DNA of 64,000 bases, from assembly GCA_035084275.1 (NCBI GenBank), contig CM068743.1, forward strand, positions 16,988,001 to 17,052,000, given 5' to 3'. The translations under genes and the position numbers were made by a program. The notes below the pieces were generated by a model that made no database searches, was not told the origin of the DNA, and worked only from the letters and a program-made list of their open reading frames with translations. The stretch comes from Hydrolagus colliei. Its lineage: Eukaryota. Of the stretch, positions 60,774 through 64,000 are shown one piece after another. Position 1 is the stretch's first letter. Each line of letters begins with the position of its first letter.

Positions 60774-61400
60774 TTTTTTAAAACAAAAAGATAATTAAAC
60801 CAACAAGAGTACACAATTCCACACAATTGCTTCACTGCCTCCTACTACTCTGCATTAATATATACTCCAGTGCGGTGTCTGGAGCATGGCTTATCAAGAC
60901 TCTGTCCTAATTTAGAAACCACTTGATAAACTGATGGCTTTTATCTCAAGATATCTCAAGAATTTAATACAAGTGAATGGGAAACTTTGCAGATGGCTCC
61001 AGTGACTTCTCTTGATAGTCAAGTTCTTAAATTGTGTTTCTGCATCCTACGTAAACTCTGTCTGCACGAGTTACAGAAATAAAGTGAAAGATTTAATTAA
61101 ATTCTGTAAGCTAAACAATTCTAATCCAATTGTCAGGTTGCCAAACTTAAAATAATTCCAAAGACAAAAGACCCATGAGAGAATTTCATTACTTTGGAAT
61201 GAGTGTTGTTATCTGAAGGTTGTTGCATGCTCTGTCCAATGTAGGTGGCAGGCGCACACACAAGCACTAAATATTTGAATGCTCACTACTTTACTTAACA
61301 AACAGATGTTTTGTGATCTGCGTAGATTACCTTTGATTTTATTGCATTTCATAAACTCACAAATCATTGAAATGTTTAAAAAATGTCAGTTCACTTATAA
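60774..61400 (-). promoter_or_regulatory. Candidate 5'UTR and cardiac promoter of NEBL
   Basis: Repeat-free region upstream of the ATG with WGATAR at 60891, 60924, 60941, 61013, 61209 and an Nkx2-5-type TCAAGTGG (minus strand, 60919-60926). Motif matches only; the TSS cannot be seen. Confidence 0.4.
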
Positions 61401-61849
61401 AGCTTCAATGTGATTGCTACTAATATTATCACTACACCCTTTCAGAAACAATGTACCAAGGGAAGTGCTAACTGCTGGCAATTTTGTGCAGCACATTCAT
61501 GTTCACTGGAGACTAGACGCATACAGTGGAGTGATTTGATTCAGTGTAAGTCTGTACATGAAACATAGCTAAACATTTTTTTAACTCAAAAATATATTGA
61601 CTTTAATAATATTACAAATGTCCTCTAAGAAATTCTTCGGGGAGATGTATGGAAACCAAGAATTTTTAAGGAATATTTGAACAGAGACAGAATCCAGTTG
61701 TATCAGTTATATTGATAGGCATTGGTCCAAATCAATTTCCTCGTGAAACCATCTCCCCAGAACATTTTTTCTGTAAATAATGGAGATTAAGTTTCTGTCG
61801 ACTTCAAGACTATAGTGCTCACCATTTATTCTGCTAATCTTTATTCTCT

Positions 61850-62100
61850 GTTTACCTGGCAGTCGATTGGCAGACCACTTTCCGAGTGTAATATTTCCTT
61901 CAAATGTACATATTTCTAAATTTGATCACTCAATTCATAACTGTTTGTGGGACACTGCTGTGCGTAATTGGCTGTTGTGTTATGCCCACAAAATATACAT
62001 CAATTCACTTTACAGTATATTTTGTGAAGCTCTTTGAGACGTCTCAATGACATGATAAATTGCTTTATCAAATGCAATTATTATTATTATTATTATTATA
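61850..62100 (+). mobile_element. Deu-SINE, head missing
   Basis: Core and (tta)n tail. Confidence 0.85.
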
Positions 62101-62821
62101 AATGTTGGTCCAATTCACTGGTTTATTTAAATTTTTTGATCAACAAGGTGCTTGACTCAACATCAGATTTAACAGTATCCAAATCAGACAGTGGTCCACA
62201 CTTTTCGCCCACACAGTAAATTCAATCCACTTCACGTTAGTCTTAATGTACCATTGCAAAGCAATTTTACACGGATTGTTAGAAGACAACAAATGGCTTA
62301 ATACAAAGCATTGTTCAAGCAGAGTTCACAACAGCATTTAATATGGAACTGGTTAAATAATTGAAGAGCAGTAATATTTTAAAGGGTGTGCAACAAACGA
62401 GTGGAGTAGATAGCATCACACAATGAGCCAAATGGCCTTATTTTGTGATGTAAACATTCTTTGATTTAGTTATTATCCATGTTCAAGTTAAAATGCAAAA
62501 GTATCATTTTCTTTATTTCTTGATTAATTTCAAAGAACAGCATTCTTTGTGTTTGTCCTTCACGCAGGACAGCGTCTCAGATTGATTAACAGTGGCGGAA
62601 CCTAACTCCTAGCCAGGGGAGGGAGGAGGTGACCATGAGCATGGTTGAACAGCAATATCTTCAGTCATGATCCAAAAAAGGGGAAGGAGACGGCAAGACG
62701 GAGGGTTTGTGGGAGAGCGTTCCTAAGCCTTGGGGAGTAGTGACGTAAGGCGGCTTGAAGTGGATGAAGGACAAGCAGGAGGCCAGAGCCAGCAGAGCGG
62801 AAGCAACGAGTAGTGGTGGGA

Positions 62822-63113
62822 AGAAATAATAATAATTTGATATAGTGCTTTTCACATCTTCTAGACGTCTCAAAGCGCTTCACAGAATATACTGTAAAGT
62901 GAATTGACTGCATATATGGGTGAAACGCTGCAGCCAATTGCGCACAGCAGTATCCCACAAACAGTCGTGGACTGAAGTGACCAATTTTCTTTTGAGGAAT
63001 TATTATTTGGATTGTGGAGTAATTAAATTTACCCAAGGTTTTACCCGGCCTGGAATTGAACCTAGGTCTCTCACTTGTAAGGCAAGTGCTCTAACCACGG
63101 AGCTACAGGACTC
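62822..63113 (-). mobile_element. tRNA-derived Deu-domain SINE, next to an L2 3' fragment (62620-62820)
   Basis: Full head, core and tail on the minus strand. Confidence 0.88.
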
Positions 63114-63609
63114 TACTCTAATAAGATGACAAACAGCAAACTAATAAATTTAGTAATCAAGTATTCTGCAATTATTATTAGAGGACTGAACCTCATCATT
63201 ATTTTGGTAAGTACACTTACCATTCTCTGTCCCACATTAACTCATACAAGCGATCAAACTCATGACAAATGAACTGGCAGCATCAAACATTTATTTTAAC
63301 ATTAAACAGCATTAAACTTAATGGAAATGTGCTTTTTAATCAGACTTAAATATGTAATAGATTAAGGACAATTTGCAACAGGGGATGAAAAAAAAACATC
63401 TGAAACACTCCTACTCAAATGCTGAAGGTGCAGTAAGGGAGAAGTGATGCACTATTGGAAGTGCTGACCTTCGGATGAGATATTAAACTGAGGTCTCCTC
63501 TGTTTGTTCAGGAGGAACTTAAAGATTTCATGGTACTATTGGACAAAGAGAGATTTTCCGAGTGCCAAAAATCTTCCATATAAATTGGTCAGGGCTCTGT
63601 TACTCATGG

Positions 63610-64000
63610 TGACATTATCCGCAGACATGGGGTCAACTTACATATTTATATAGATGACAACCAACTCTATCTCTCTGCTCCACCCTCAACTCCATGACCA
63701 CTGCTGTCCTGACAGAATGTCTGTCAGACATCAAGTCCTGATTGGCTCCTCTCACAGCACCTCCACACCTCAGACGCTGGCAGCATCACCATCCAAGAAT
63801 GTACATTCCACTTCACTGATCGAATCCGCAGCCATGTCGCCTTGTTTGACCTACAACTGCCCTTTCTATTCAGTGCTGTAGCCCGCTCTGTCTTAGCCCA
63901 CTTCCACAACTTCACTCAGCTCCACCAGTGGCTCTCCCCTCAGGCTGTCGAAATACCAACTCCCCGATTGTCGGCTTTTCCAGTCATTCCCTCCGCAAAC
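63610..64000 (+). mobile_element. L2 LINE RT fragment running off the window end
   Basis: catggggtcaacttacatatttatatagatgacaaccaactctat reads HGVNLHIYIDDNQLY. Confidence 0.85.

Noticed and set aside
63215-63223. ATG|gtaagt on the minus strand as a possible first coding exon
   Set aside because: A better exon 1 (60717-60773) with a homolog-like acidic peptide exists; this site has no support beyond the donor motif.

Overview
Vertebrate genomic DNA, probably from a cartilaginous fish (inferred only from the repeat content: L2/CR1 LINE relics, tRNA-headed Deu-domain SINEs, and a shark-type palindromic repeat). The window holds what appears to be the complete coding region of sarcomeric nebulette (NEBL) on the minus strand. 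I traced 25 GT-AG exons by hand from ATG 60773 to TAA 20118 (2724 nt, 907 aa): acidic N-terminus, nebulin repeats, Ser-rich linker, SH3. Positions 1-19000 show no convincing host coding exon and are mostly retroelement debris. I found no wholly new multi-gene system. The most unusual signals concern exon birth and death inside NEBL: (1) a frameshifted nebulin-repeat exon whose splice acceptor is locked in a perfect 19-bp hairpin; (2) three tandem 93-nt exons encoding an identical peptide, plus a deleted fourth copy; (3) a half-duplicated exon; (4) a candidate internal first exon that would give a linker+SH3-only isoform. All coordinates were read by eye, repeat boundaries are approximate, and comparisons with human proteins are from memory rather than from a search.
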